Source: an uncultured Candidatus Saccharibacteria bacterium
GTDB taxonomy: Bacteria > Patescibacteriota > JAQUNI01
Reading direction: 5' to 3'
Assembly: GCA_964555185.1 (NCBI GenBank)
Contig: CAZKRD010000002.1
Coordinates: 21,646 to 85,645, forward strand
DNA: 64,000 bases
Numbering within the stretch: the first letter of the stretch is position 1; the number at the start of each line of letters is the position of its first letter. Made by a program: the position numbers and the translations under genes. Below, piece after piece: positions 19,302 through 28,226 of this stretch. A model generated the notes under the pieces. That model was given only the letters and a program-made list of their open reading frames with translations, was not told the origin of the DNA and made no database searches.

Positions 19302-20474
19302 ATGAAAGTATATTTAGATAATTCGGCGACCACGCCGGTGGATCCGCAAGTGTTAGAGGCGATGCTCCCTTACTTTAAAGAAAATTTCGGTAATCCTTCA
19401 TCAGTGCATTCCTGGGGGCAGGAGGGAGCGAAAGCGGTATTAGGCGCGCGCGATCAAGTGGCGCGATTTTTGAACTGTCAAGCAAAAGAGATTATTTTTA
19501 CAAGCTGCGCTACCGAGGCTGATAATCTCGCTTTGAAAGGAGTGATGCGGGCATCATACGCGAGAGGGCATCTAATCACTTCCCAGATTGAACACAAAGC
19601 GATTTTAGAGCCGGCAAAGGCCTTAGAAAAGCAGGGTTATAAGGTAACTTATCTGCCGGTAAACGATGAGGGAATAATTAAGCTATTAGATTTAGAGAAA
19701 GCGATAATTCCTGAAACAGTTTTAGTCAGCATGATGTATGCCAATTCAGAAACCGGCGCGATTCAACCTGTCCGCGAGATCGGTAAGATGATTCAAAAGA
19801 TTAACAAAGGCCGCCAAGCAAAAATTCGCTTTCACACAGACGCGGCCCAAGCAGTACAGTATTTGGATTGCGATGTTGACCGTCTGCACCTGGATTTAAT
19901 GACGATTGCCGGCCATAAAATTTATGCTCCCAAAGGCGTTGGTGCCCTGTATGTCCGCAAGGGCACGCCCCTAGAGCCGCAGCAGGAAGGGGGTTCTCAA
20001 GAATATGGTTTGCGCTCGGGCACGGAAAATGTGCCTTATCTTGTTGGTTTGGCTAAGGCCCTAGAGCTTGTTGCAGAAAACAAAGCGCGGGTTAATAAAA
20101 CACTGGCCAGACTGCGCGATAGATTGATCCGCGAGGTTCGAAAGAAGATTCCAGAAAGCAAATTAAACGGCCCAAAAAGAGAGAACCGCTTGCCGAATAA
20201 TGTTAATTTCAGCTTTCCGGGCGCAGAAGGGGAGAGTATTGTTTTGGCTCTGGACATGAAAGGAATCGCGGTCTCTACAGGGTCTGCCTGCACTTCCCAG
20301 GATTTAAAACCCTCCCATGTCTTGACCGCGATGGGCTTATCACCGGAAGCTGCCCATGGGAGTGTCCGGATTACATTGAGTAGGTACACGACAGAGGAGG
20401 AAATTGATCAGTTGATTGCTGTGTTGCCAGAAATTGTTGCCCGTTTTCGCAAAATGGCGCCGGGAGACGTGTAA
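19302..20474 (+). CDS. iscS: Cysteine desulfurase (IscS/NifS)
   Basis: YLDNSATT, HTDAAQ, GHKIYAPKGVG, RSGTEN, STGSAC. Confidence 0.95.
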   Translation: MKVYLDNSATTPVDPQVLEAMLPYFKENFGNPSSVHSWGQEGAKAVLGARDQVARFLNCQAKEIIFTSCATEADNLALKGVMRASYARGHLITSQIEHKAILEPAKALEKQGYKVTYLPVNDEGIIKLLDLEKAIIPETVLVSMMYANSETGAIQPVREIGKMIQKINKGRQAKIRFHTDAAQAVQYLDCDVDRLHLDLMTIAGHKIYAPKGVGALYVRKGTPLEPQQEGGSQEYGLRSGTENVPYLVGLAKALELVAENKARVNKTLARLRDRLIREVRKKIPESKLNGPKRENRLPNNVNFSFPGAEGESIVLALDMKGIAVSTGSACTSQDLKPSHVLTAMGLSPEAAHGSVRITLSRYTTEEEIDQLIAVLPEIVARFRKMAPGDV

Positions 20475-20569
20475 CCTGTAACCTATCGCTTGTAACCTGT
20501 AACTTGTAACCCGTAACTCAAGTTTTATTTCTTGTCTTGAGTTATAAGTTACAGGTTACAAGCTACAAG
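20469..20569. repeat. Family B hairpin element (loop in opposite orientation to the 18500 copy)
   Basis: Loop TCAAGTTTTATTTCTTGTCTTGAG. Confidence 0.88.
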
Positions 20570-20575
20570 AAAAAG

Positions 20576-20947
20576 ATGTATTCAAAAAAAGTTTTACAAC
20601 ATTTTAATAATCCCAAAAACCAGGGAAAAATTGAAAACCCTGATGGTGTTGGTCAAGTCGGCAATCCGGTTTGCGGGGACGTGCTTAAGGTCTATATCAA
20701 GGTTAGAGATAATAAAATAGAAGATATAAAATTTGAGACTTTGGGCTGTGGAGCGGCAATTGCGGTTTCTTCAATGATTACAGAGATGGCAAAAGGTAAA
20801 AGCTTAAAGCAAGCAGAAAAAATATCTCGCGATGATATTGCCCAAGAGCTTGATGGCTTGCCGCCGGTCAAAATGCACTGTTCCAATCTAGCTGCGGACG
20901 CTTTACACAAGGCGATTGCGGATTGTCGCAATAAATCCCAAAAATAG
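20576..20947 (+). CDS. iscU: Fe-S cluster scaffold IscU/NifU N-terminal type
   Basis: MYSKKVLQHFNNPKN, GNPVCGD, GCGAAIA, LPPVKMHCS. Confidence 0.95.
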   Translation: MYSKKVLQHFNNPKNQGKIENPDGVGQVGNPVCGDVLKVYIKVRDNKIEDIKFETLGCGAAIAVSSMITEMAKGKSLKQAEKISRDDIAQELDGLPPVKMHCSNLAADALHKAIADCRNKSQK

Positions 20948-21000
20948 AAACAAAGATAGAGGGATAAAGGGATTGCCAAAAAGGCGGTCAATTAAGATAA

Positions 21001-21051
21001 AAAATAGCCCCTATTTTAATCCAGAGATTTATATAATAGTGGGCTTTTTTC
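21001..21051 (+). terminator. Possible intrinsic terminator after iscU
   Basis: AGCCC..GGGCT stem followed by a T run; long loop. Confidence 0.35.
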
Positions 21052-21202
21052 AATAATCTTTAGTTTCATCAGTTTAGCAGAATAAGATTAGTGAGGGAAG
21101 GTTTGGGGAGGGGAGAGGATTATTTTTTTTAATTTAAAAAGTAATTAAATAGAAATAATTCAGAGAGCTTTTGAATGAGAAACAGGGGAGAGTCGTTTTT
21201 TC

Positions 21203-21292
21203 TTGTAATTTGTAACCTGGAAGTCTTATAACTCACAACTTGTAACCCAAGTTTTATTTCTTGAGTTACAAGTTATAGGTTATAAGACTTCC
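21203..21292. repeat. Family B hairpin element
   Basis: Inverted near-copy of 16161-16239. Confidence 0.9.
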
Positions 21293-21477
21293 CGCCTGTG
21301 GATAACTTTTCTGGAAAATTTTGATCGCGATAGGGGAGTACCCCCTATTTTTATTGACCCTTCGATCTTGCCTTGCGAGTCAAAGTATCTTTTTGGCCTT
21401 CTCCAAACCCTTTAGACTTTCCCCTTTTTTATTATTTTTTTGAATCAAGGGGTCTTTATATCGCCTTTTTAAAACTT

Positions 21478-22431
21478 CTACTTTATTTCTCTGCCACTGT
21501 GAAATTTCCGATGAATATCCCGTAATCTTTTACTTGTAACATGGGTATAAATTTGGGTTGCGGTAAGGTTTTTATGGCCTAAGAATTCCTGTAGAGTCCT
21601 TAAATCCACTCCTTTATTTAAGAGGTCTGTGGCAAAGGAGTGCCTTAATACATGCGGGGTTGTGGTCATAGGCAGTCCTGCCATAATTGCGTATTTTTTG
21701 ACGCTTTTTTGGATCGAACGAGGGGTTAGTCTGCGAGATGAGCCCTTTTTGTTTCGATAGTTCAAAAATAGTGCTTTTTCTTTGTCTTTTCGTTTTTCAA
21801 GGTATTGTTTGAGCCAATAGATTGCTCGCTCTGAGAAGTAGACTGTGCGCGGCCTATCCCCCTTACCAATAATACTGATTTCTAGATTTTTAGTCCCTGT
21901 TTTTAATTTTACTTGTTCGCGGTTTAGATTAACCAGTTCTGTTATTCTCATCCCTGTAGAAAAGAAAAGCTCAAGAATAGCACGATCCCTCAAACCCTGA
22001 ATTGTTGAGATATTAGGGCTTTTGAGTAATTTTTTTAATTGGTCTAAGTTCAAAAAATTCACTGTTCTGGCATCCTTATCTTTAGCCAGCTTTATTTTTT
22101 CAGCGGGCAGGGATATGATATCTCTGTTAGCAAAGTAGTTCAAAAGAGATCTTAGGGCGATTAGATAATAGTTTTGAGTTGATTTTTTAAGGCCTTTTTT
22201 TGTTCTTGTTGTGCATTGGCGGGCAAGATAGATTCTGTATTGCCAGATATGTTGGGAACTAAGTTCGTGAGGTTTTAATTTGTTTAATTTTTGCATTTTT
22301 AACCAATCTAAGAATTTCTTTAAGAATCTTGCGTAGTTTTCCTGGGATTTTGAAGAGAGTCCTTTTTCGATCTCTAACCAATCAAGGAAGTCATTCAGAT
22401 GTTTAGGCAACGGCTTTTGATTTTTTTTCAT
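21478..22431 (-). CDS. Xer-family tyrosine recombinase
   Basis: N-terminal SAM-like domain; RDRAILE..TGMRITEL, GKG, HVLRHSFATDLL, LGH, TQIYTHV (R-K-H-R-H-Y set). Confidence 0.95.
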   Translation of the reverse strand: MKKNQKPLPKHLNDFLDWLEIEKGLSSKSQENYARFLKKFLDWLKMQKLNKLKPHELSSQHIWQYRIYLARQCTTRTKKGLKKSTQNYYLIALRSLLNYFANRDIISLPAEKIKLAKDKDARTVNFLNLDQLKKLLKSPNISTIQGLRDRAILELFFSTGMRITELVNLNREQVKLKTGTKNLEISIIGKGDRPRTVYFSERAIYWLKQYLEKRKDKEKALFLNYRNKKGSSRRLTPRSIQKSVKKYAIMAGLPMTTTPHVLRHSFATDLLNKGVDLRTLQEFLGHKNLTATQIYTHVTSKRLRDIHRKFHSGREIK

Positions 22432-22436
22432 TTGAC

Positions 22437-22464
22437 TATTCTCTTAAGTATAATTATGAGAACC
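22437..22464 (-). other. Candidate dif-like Xer recombination site GGTTCTCATAA-TTATAC-TTAAGAGAATA
   Basis: 11-6-11 layout; left arm matches E. coli dif XerC arm GGTGCGCATAA at 9/11; 5 nt upstream of the xer ATG. Confidence 0.6.
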
Positions 22465-22513
22465 ATTATTCTATTATCAATATATACTTTTGAAGATTTT
22501 TCGTCTATTCCCT

Positions 22514-22572
22514 TCTTGAGTTACAAGCTACAAGCTCTACCTACAAGCTACAAGTTGCGCGTTACAAGACTT
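22514..22572. repeat. Family B half element (CTTGAG plus TTACAAG/CTACAAG arm)
   Basis: Begins at the stop codon of the M23 gene. Confidence 0.7.
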
Positions 22573-23942
22573 CACGGCAGATAATTTAACGGGTTTACAG
22601 CTTCTTCGTCAGGCCCGACCCGGACCTCAAAATGGAGATGAGGGCCAGTGGTTAAGTAACCCGCTCCCTTGGTGCCGGGCATGCCGCCGGTATAACCAAT
22701 AGTTTGTCCGGCTTTAACAAATTCTCCTTCCGAGGTGGCAAAAGAAGAGACATGGCCGTAACGGGTTTGGAGAGTTTCGGTGTGAACCAGGGTGATATAG
22801 CTGTAGCCGTAACCGGCATTGCGGGTCCGGGCCACATAGCCGGCTGCCGGAGCGCGGATCGGCGTGCCCTGCGGGCAGGCAATGTCAATCGCGTTATGTT
22901 CGAAATATCTACGGTAAGGATAGGAGGGGTCGTGAAAAGTAGAGGTAATCCGGCGGTATTGGAGCGGCCAGGTCAGGATCGCGGTGATGTTTTGAGCATC
23001 TTGCTGTAAGGCGGCGATCTTCTTTTTCACTTCGTCTTTTAAGGTAATCACTTCCCGATTCAGAGCTTTCTGAGCTGCTGCCGCCTTTTCTAGGAGTTGT
23101 TCATATTTTTCTTCGTTTTCCTGGGTTTGATTCAAGATATCTTTTTTCGCGGTTTTTTCCTGAGCTAAGAATTGTTTTTGGCCTCCTAGCTGGCTCCGCT
23201 TATCTGCCAACTCAATCGCTTTGTTTTCTGTTTCCTTTTTGTCTTCTTCAAGACTCGCTTTTAGGTGTGAAAGCGAGTCTCGTTTTTGTTTTAAGAGTCC
23301 ATTGATTGCGCTTGTGTCTTCTACGGTTTTTTCATAGTCAGCCCAGCTGGAGTATTTAATGATTATTTTGAAAAAATGAACAATGACATTAATGATCCCC
23401 TGGGATTGGACTTCGGCCGAACCTAAATATTCTTCGTCAAGACTATTGATTTCTTTAATAATGATTTGGATTTCAGCAAGTTTCTTGTCAATTTCTTCTT
23501 GGGTTATTTTGATATCCAGGTTTAATTTTTGGATTTCTAATTCTTTTTGTTGAATTTCATTAGTTAAGAGATTGATCTCGTTTTCAGTCCTGTTGATCTG
23601 ACCGTCAAGAATATTGATGTGCCCCTTTAGGGTGCCTGCTTTGCTTTTTAAGGAATCAACTTCTTTTTCATAACCAGAGATTTTATTGTTGATTTCTTCA
23701 ATCTGTTTGCTTTTTTCGCGGATTTGTTCCTGGAGATCAGAAATGTTCGTCTGATCCTCTTCTTCTTCTTCTTCTTGAGCTTCCAGGGGTTTGAGACAAG
23801 AAAAGTTAAATAATAAAAATAAAAGTAAAGGGATTAACCAGTATTTTTGTCTGTCCAGCCGCCCGCTTTTGGCGAAGACGGGCCTGTCCGCCGAAGCTCG
23901 TGAGCGAAGGCCAGAACTTTTGATTTTTGAACTTTTGATCAT
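22572..23942 (-). CDS. Coiled-coil M23 family peptidase (EnvC/MepM-like)
   Basis: Signal/TM, long coiled coil, HNAIDI, YGHV, TGPHLHFEVR, VNPLNYL; true start uncertain because the N-terminus is repeat-derived. Confidence 0.9.
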   Translation of the reverse strand: MIKSSKIKSSGLRSRASADRPVFAKSGRLDRQKYWLIPLLLFLLFNFSCLKPLEAQEEEEEEDQTNISDLQEQIREKSKQIEEINNKISGYEKEVDSLKSKAGTLKGHINILDGQINRTENEINLLTNEIQQKELEIQKLNLDIKITQEEIDKKLAEIQIIIKEINSLDEEYLGSAEVQSQGIINVIVHFFKIIIKYSSWADYEKTVEDTSAINGLLKQKRDSLSHLKASLEEDKKETENKAIELADKRSQLGGQKQFLAQEKTAKKDILNQTQENEEKYEQLLEKAAAAQKALNREVITLKDEVKKKIAALQQDAQNITAILTWPLQYRRITSTFHDPSYPYRRYFEHNAIDIACPQGTPIRAPAAGYVARTRNAGYGYSYITLVHTETLQTRYGHVSSFATSEGEFVKAGQTIGYTGGMPGTKGAGYLTTGPHLHFEVRVGPDEEAVNPLNYLP

Positions 23943-23944
23943 TT

Positions 23945-25420
23945 TTAGATTTTCGTAATAGCGCTTTGAACCCTTGCCAGTGTTTCTTTCCTACCTAAGA
24001 CCCAAGCAACTTCAAACGGACTGGGAGAGGCCTGCTTGCCGGTCAAAGCGACCCGTAAGGGCCAGAGCAGGTCCCCGGTCCCAATGTTGTTTTCGGTGAT
24101 CGCTTTTTTTAGTTCTTCTTCAAGTTTTGAAATCGTAAAGTCTTGGGTTTTCATTTTTTCCAATACAGACTCCCCTATTTTCAGATTTTTTTTGATTTGA
24201 CTTAAGGGAATCTTTTTCCAGATTAAAAGCGAGGCGGGATATTCGGGTTTTTTGAAATAGAAGCGGGTGAAGGCCTGGACTTCGCTTAAATTCTTTAAGC
24301 GTTCCTTAACAGTCTCAATCGCTTTCTGGATATAATCAGACGCGTGTTTTTTAGGGTCAATTTTGATAAAATTGTCATCTATGATCATTTGAGTTAAGGC
24401 TTTTGTTTCGGTCTTACGGATGTAATAGCTATTTATGCTGTTTAATTTCGCGAGATTGAACACCGCTCCCCCTTTATTTACTTTTTTGAGCGAGAATTCT
24501 TGGACAAGTTCAGGCAGAGAGAATATTTCGCGATTGTTTTTAGGGTTCCAGCCTAAAAAAGCGATATAATTAATCAAAGCTTGAGGCAAATAGCCTTGTT
24601 CCCGGAAACCCTTAACGGTTACGGGCAGACTCCCCTGTTTCCTTTTGCTCATTTTTGAACGGTCAGGGTTTAGGATTAAAGGCAAATGAGCATACAGAGG
24701 ACTTTTAAAATCAAGTGCTTTCTGCATTAGGATTTGTTTAGGTGTATTGGCAATATGATCCTCACCGCGGATCACATGGGAGATCTGCATTAAATAGTCG
24801 TCAATCACCACCGCGAAATTATAGAGAGGGATGTTTAGGCCTTTGGCAATCACAAAGTCTCCTAATAGCGAACAATCAAACTTCACTTCGCCGCGGATTA
24901 AATCCTTAAATTTTATTTTTTGGGCGGGGATCTTAAAGCGAAACACGGGCTTCTTTCCTTCTTTTTTATATTTTTCAATTTGATTTTCGGAAAGATTACG
25001 GCACTTACCAGAATAGCGCGGCGGTTCGCCTTTGGTTTTCTGCAAGTGCCTTTCGTCGGCTAATTCTTTTTCCGTGCAGAAGCAGGGATAGGCATTCCCC
25101 TGTTTTAATAATTGTTCGAGATATTGACGATAGGTTTTGACTCGCTTGGATTGACGATAAGGGCCATATTCTCCTTTTTGATCTGGTCCTTCATCGTATT
25201 CAATCTTGAGCCATTTCAGATGGGTAATAATATCCTCTTCCCAGGCAGGCCTAGAACGTTCAAGGTCTGTATCTTCAATCCTTAAGATAAATTTACCTTT
25301 ATATTTTTTGGCAAACAGATAATTAAAAAGCGCGGAACGGGCTGTGCCAACGTGCAAGGGTCCGGTTGGACTCGGCGCGATTCGCACCCGGATTTTTTTT
25401 GATTTTTTTTGATTTTTCAT
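23945..25420 (-). CDS. gltX: Glutamate--tRNA ligase
   Basis: RIAPSPTGPLHVG, LRIEDTD, HVIRGEDH, KMSKR. Confidence 0.98.
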   Translation of the reverse strand: MKNQKKSKKIRVRIAPSPTGPLHVGTARSALFNYLFAKKYKGKFILRIEDTDLERSRPAWEEDIITHLKWLKIEYDEGPDQKGEYGPYRQSKRVKTYRQYLEQLLKQGNAYPCFCTEKELADERHLQKTKGEPPRYSGKCRNLSENQIEKYKKEGKKPVFRFKIPAQKIKFKDLIRGEVKFDCSLLGDFVIAKGLNIPLYNFAVVIDDYLMQISHVIRGEDHIANTPKQILMQKALDFKSPLYAHLPLILNPDRSKMSKRKQGSLPVTVKGFREQGYLPQALINYIAFLGWNPKNNREIFSLPELVQEFSLKKVNKGGAVFNLAKLNSINSYYIRKTETKALTQMIIDDNFIKIDPKKHASDYIQKAIETVKERLKNLSEVQAFTRFYFKKPEYPASLLIWKKIPLSQIKKNLKIGESVLEKMKTQDFTISKLEEELKKAITENNIGTGDLLWPLRVALTGKQASPSPFEVAWVLGRKETLARVQSAITKI

Positions 25421-25445
25421 TTTTTAGTTATTAACGTATTGAATA

Positions 25446-25473
25446 TTGACAAAATTTTTCAAGAGAGTATTAT
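25446..25473 (+). promoter_or_regulatory. Candidate sigma70 promoter TTGACA-N16-TATTAT
   Basis: Near-consensus; divergent from gltX and upstream of orphan ORFs. Confidence 0.45.
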
Positions 25474-25529
25474 AAAGTATGATGAGGTATGATAAGGTAA
25501 TATACATATTCCTTTATGAACACTAGGGG

Positions 25530-25826
25530 GTGTTATCTACAGTGTTTGGACCTAACATTAATTGGGAAGAAGCTGAAAGGGATTACACAGAAGCTGATAT
25601 TCCTATCTTCAGACAATTTGGAGATAATGGCAGATGGATTGAGGATGAACGAATTACTCTCCGAGAGCTACGTCAAAGAGTAGATAGTTTTGGAGCTCAT
25701 CAGCTCATTTGTATCCATGGTCACACGGAGCGGTTAGGGAGAAGACATCCTTATAATCTAGTTATAGTTGGCAGGATGATATCGTTGATGCGTGCAGGAA
25801 GGAGGGCGCTTAGCATTGGGTCGTGA
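25530..25826 (+). CDS. Hypothetical protein (orphan-like)
   Basis: 98-aa ORF after a promoter-like site; start uncertain; no motif recognised. Confidence 0.5.
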   Translation: MLSTVFGPNINWEEAERDYTEADIPIFRQFGDNGRWIEDERITLRELRQRVDSFGAHQLICIHGHTERLGRRHPYNLVIVGRMISLMRAGRRALSIGS

Positions 25827-26025
25827 TAATGGTTGTGGAGTAGATGCGATCAGACACTATGATCGCTCTGGTGTCTGCGATTCGGGCATTAATTGGCCAT
25901 GTGCTGGTTCTAATACTCGAGTAGTATCGTCAGGCGATATAGCAATGCATAGGGCTCGCGAGGCAGAACAAGATCCAAGACTAGAATGTCCCCTGTATCG
26001 GCAATTTAGTCCTTTGCAGGCCTGA
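25792..26025 (+). CDS. Possible small Cys-containing hypothetical protein
   Basis: 77-aa ORF overlapping the previous one, four Cys; may be spurious. Confidence 0.3.
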   Translation: MQEGGRLALGRDNGCGVDAIRHYDRSGVCDSGINWPCAGSNTRVVSSGDIAMHRAREAEQDPRLECPLYRQFSPLQA

Positions 26026-26030
26026 CAGCC

Positions 26031-26996
26031 TTATTTTGTACTCTCCACCCTTTGCCAGATTTGCGCAAAGGGTCTTTTTTTTATTTTAATCTCCCAGAAA
26101 ATGAGAAGCCACAGATATATTCTAGCAAAAATCAGGATGATCGTCCACCAAAGCTCTTTTAGGTTTTTGGCAAATTTAAGGGTTTGGAGAATTCCTTGGG
26201 CTTCTTGGCGCAAGCCGCGCATTTTGGGTGGTTGCCCGGGAACGATTTTTGGTTTCATTCGTGTCGGGCGGACACATGGGTCCGCCCCTACATTATTTTT
26301 CCAGGTTTTTTCTAGAAGCCTTGGTAATTGTACATATCCGCCAGTTGATCTCTTTTTTTGCTTGATCCAATCAGAGAAATTATCAGGATATTTTACATAG
26401 ACTTTTGCTTCTGGCGCGTAAGCAATTTGCCGTCCCCTATTCCAAACCAAACGAGAAATTAGCGCATCGTCAGAGAGTGTGTTCTTTGGAATTTTGTTCA
26501 CAATCCCCTGCCGTAAGGCATAAAGATAACCAGAACAGTCAAGATATTTTTTTTGTTTTGTTCTTTTAAGTCTTGTTTTGTGCGCCATTTCTACGAGAAG
26601 GTGCGACCAGAAGCCAAACATATTGTCGCGTCTATTTGTTGAGATCGGTCTGCCGCTTACAGCAGCGATTTCAGGATTTTTAAAGGGTTTTAAGATTGCT
26701 AGAATTGATTTTTGATCAATTTCCACATCACCGTCGGTTAGGATCAAAATATCGCCCCTTACTTCGCTGAAAGCTAAATTTAAGGCTGCTGGCTTGCCCT
26801 TTCCCCTATCTTTTATTAACTTGACCCTCTGATTGATTTTGTGGTATTTTAAAACGACCTTTTGAGTAGGAAGGTCTGGTGTGATAACCAGGATTTCCGA
26901 AAGAGGGCTAATTCTGGATAACTGATAGAGAATGGTTTGGAGTTGCTTATAAAGGGTCTTTGGTTCTTTATAAGCAGTGATGATAATTGAAAGCAT
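26031..26996 (-). CDS. GT2 glycosyltransferase with an in-frame REP-derived insertion
   Basis: SIIITAYKE, GKPAALN, LTDGD, SDD, QKKR; VGADPCVRP insert. Confidence 0.88.
   Translation of the reverse strand: MLSIIITAYKEPKTLYKQLQTILYQLSRISPLSEILVITPDLPTQKVVLKYHKINQRVKLIKDRGKGKPAALNLAFSEVRGDILILTDGDVEIDQKSILAILKPFKNPEIAAVSGRPISTNRRDNMFGFWSHLLVEMAHKTRLKRTKQKKYLDCSGYLYALRQGIVNKIPKNTLSDDALISRLVWNRGRQIAYAPEAKVYVKYPDNFSDWIKQKKRSTGGYVQLPRLLEKTWKNNVGADPCVRPTRMKPKIVPGQPPKMRGLRQEAQGILQTLKFAKNLKELWWTIILIFARIYLWLLIFWEIKIKKRPFAQIWQRVESTK
26266..26291 (-). repeat. GTAG-type REP element inside a CDS
   Basis: GTAGGGGCGGACCCATGTGTCCGCCC. Confidence 0.8.
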
Positions 26997-27020
26997 ATAA
27001 GAAAAAGGAAGGATTGATTA

Positions 27021-27518
27021 ATGATGGAAGAAAAAAAGGAGAAGAAAAGAGGAATAAAGAGCAAGGATACTCCGCCTAAGGCTATAGGATTTATAAAGCT
27101 TCTTTGTGCTTTAATGAAACCTCTTTCCTTAAATGATATCATGATATTGCTTGGCAATCTTAGTGAAAGAGGAGTATATCGTTATTTAGGCGATATGGGC
27201 AAAGCGGGTCTTAAGCTTTTTGGCTTTGAGCAGCTCAGGTTCGTCAAGAATGAAGAAAAAGATACAGAAGAAGAAAAGCTAGTGTATCTACATTGTCTTC
27301 TCCCCGAACCTTTTTCAGGCAGAAGGATTGATAATATCTATGTTTCTCACAGTGATAAGGAAGGGTGTCCGGTTGAATTAGTCTTCTCTTTATATGACGA
27401 AACATCTGGAGAGCAGACTTCTGAGACTGTTGTTGTTGAAAAATTCTCAATTTTGCTTTTTGGTGTTATGAATCCTGAGGAGGAAGAGAGCGCAGACGAA
27501 ATGGGTGACGAGAAATAA
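27021..27518 (+). CDS. Hypothetical protein with possible N-terminal winged HTH
   Basis: LSLNDIMILLGNLSERGVYRYLGDMGKAG resembles HTH_11; acidic tail; AAGGA RBS. Confidence 0.55.
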   Translation: MMEEKKEKKRGIKSKDTPPKAIGFIKLLCALMKPLSLNDIMILLGNLSERGVYRYLGDMGKAGLKLFGFEQLRFVKNEEKDTEEEKLVYLHCLLPEPFSGRRIDNIYVSHSDKEGCPVELVFSLYDETSGEQTSETVVVEKFSILLFGVMNPEEEESADEMGDEK

Positions 27519-28023
27519 TCTCATATTCCGCACCTTCAGTTTCGAGGGTGCTTTTTATTAGGTCAATTTTTTCAATTTTAAACCCAGGGAAACGAGAGCT
27601 CCCTTTGAATTTTTTAGGCAGACGCGCTGTTAATCGGCCAATCGTAATGTGGGGTTTGAATTTCCGCCTTTCCTGATATTCTATCCCCTGCTTTTGAAAT
27701 TCTAAAACGAGGTCAGCATAAAAGGTCCGGATTTTTTTGGAGAGCATTTTAATCGCGATCACGTGGGAGAAGCTCCTGACATAATGCGGCCTTAAGACAA
27801 CAGCAGTTTGCTTTTCTGCTAGCTTGTCCAAGATTTGTCCAATTTTTTTAATCTCTTCTTTTGTCCGATCGCCCAAAAAAGCAACCGTGAGATGGATTTG
27901 CTCTGGAGGTAACCAGTTAACTTGTCCGGGAAAACGTTCTTTTAACCTTTCTTGGATCACCTTAATATCGCTTTTAGCACTTTTTGGCAAATTTAAGGCA
28001 ATAAATGCGCGGATTTTTTCCAT
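27466..28023 (-). CDS. thpR: RNA 2',3'-cyclic phosphodiesterase (2H family)
   Basis: RAFIAL, HLTVAFLG, PHITIGR (two HxT motifs). Confidence 0.92.
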   Translation of the reverse strand: MEKIRAFIALNLPKSAKSDIKVIQERLKERFPGQVNWLPPEQIHLTVAFLGDRTKEEIKKIGQILDKLAEKQTAVVLRPHYVRSFSHVIAIKMLSKKIRTFYADLVLEFQKQGIEYQERRKFKPHITIGRLTARLPKKFKGSSRFPGFKIEKIDLIKSTLETEGAEYEIISRHPFRLRSLPPQDS

Positions 28024-28102
28024 AGTTTTAGTTAATTTTGTCTAGTTATAAATTACCTCATTTTAACCTTTTTGGCAAAAGTGGTAGAATAAAGATAAGT
28101 GA

Positions 28103-28220
28103 TGCCTGTCTTGCCCCGTCTCGCCTGCGAGGCGGACGGTAGGCAGGAGTAATGTCACCCTTCGCTCTTAAACTGAATAGTTTAAGAGCTACGGACGATC
28201 ACCTAATACAGGTGAAATTT
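28103..28220. repeat. Composite of nested GC-rich palindromes
   Basis: CCTGTCTTGCC[..]CGGTAGGCAGG; GCTCTTAAACT-GAAT-AGTTTAAGAGC hairpin; ends GGTGAAAT like the 50289 element. Confidence 0.65.
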
Positions 28221-28226
28221 TGAATA

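Noticed and set aside
20948-21477. oriC in the long intergenic region (TGTGGATAA at 21297-21305)
   Set aside because: Only one perfect DnaA box, no dnaA/dnaN nearby, and flanking genes converge rather than diverge.
21478-22431. Prophage or integron integrase
   Set aside because: Xer-like size and motifs, no phage genes, attC cassettes or adjacent tRNA; neighbours are housekeeping genes.
3265-22572. Heptamer arrays as CRISPR or simple microsatellites
   Set aside because: There are no unique spacers; units are degenerate and arranged as inverted arms around conserved cores, so they were treated as dispersed elements.
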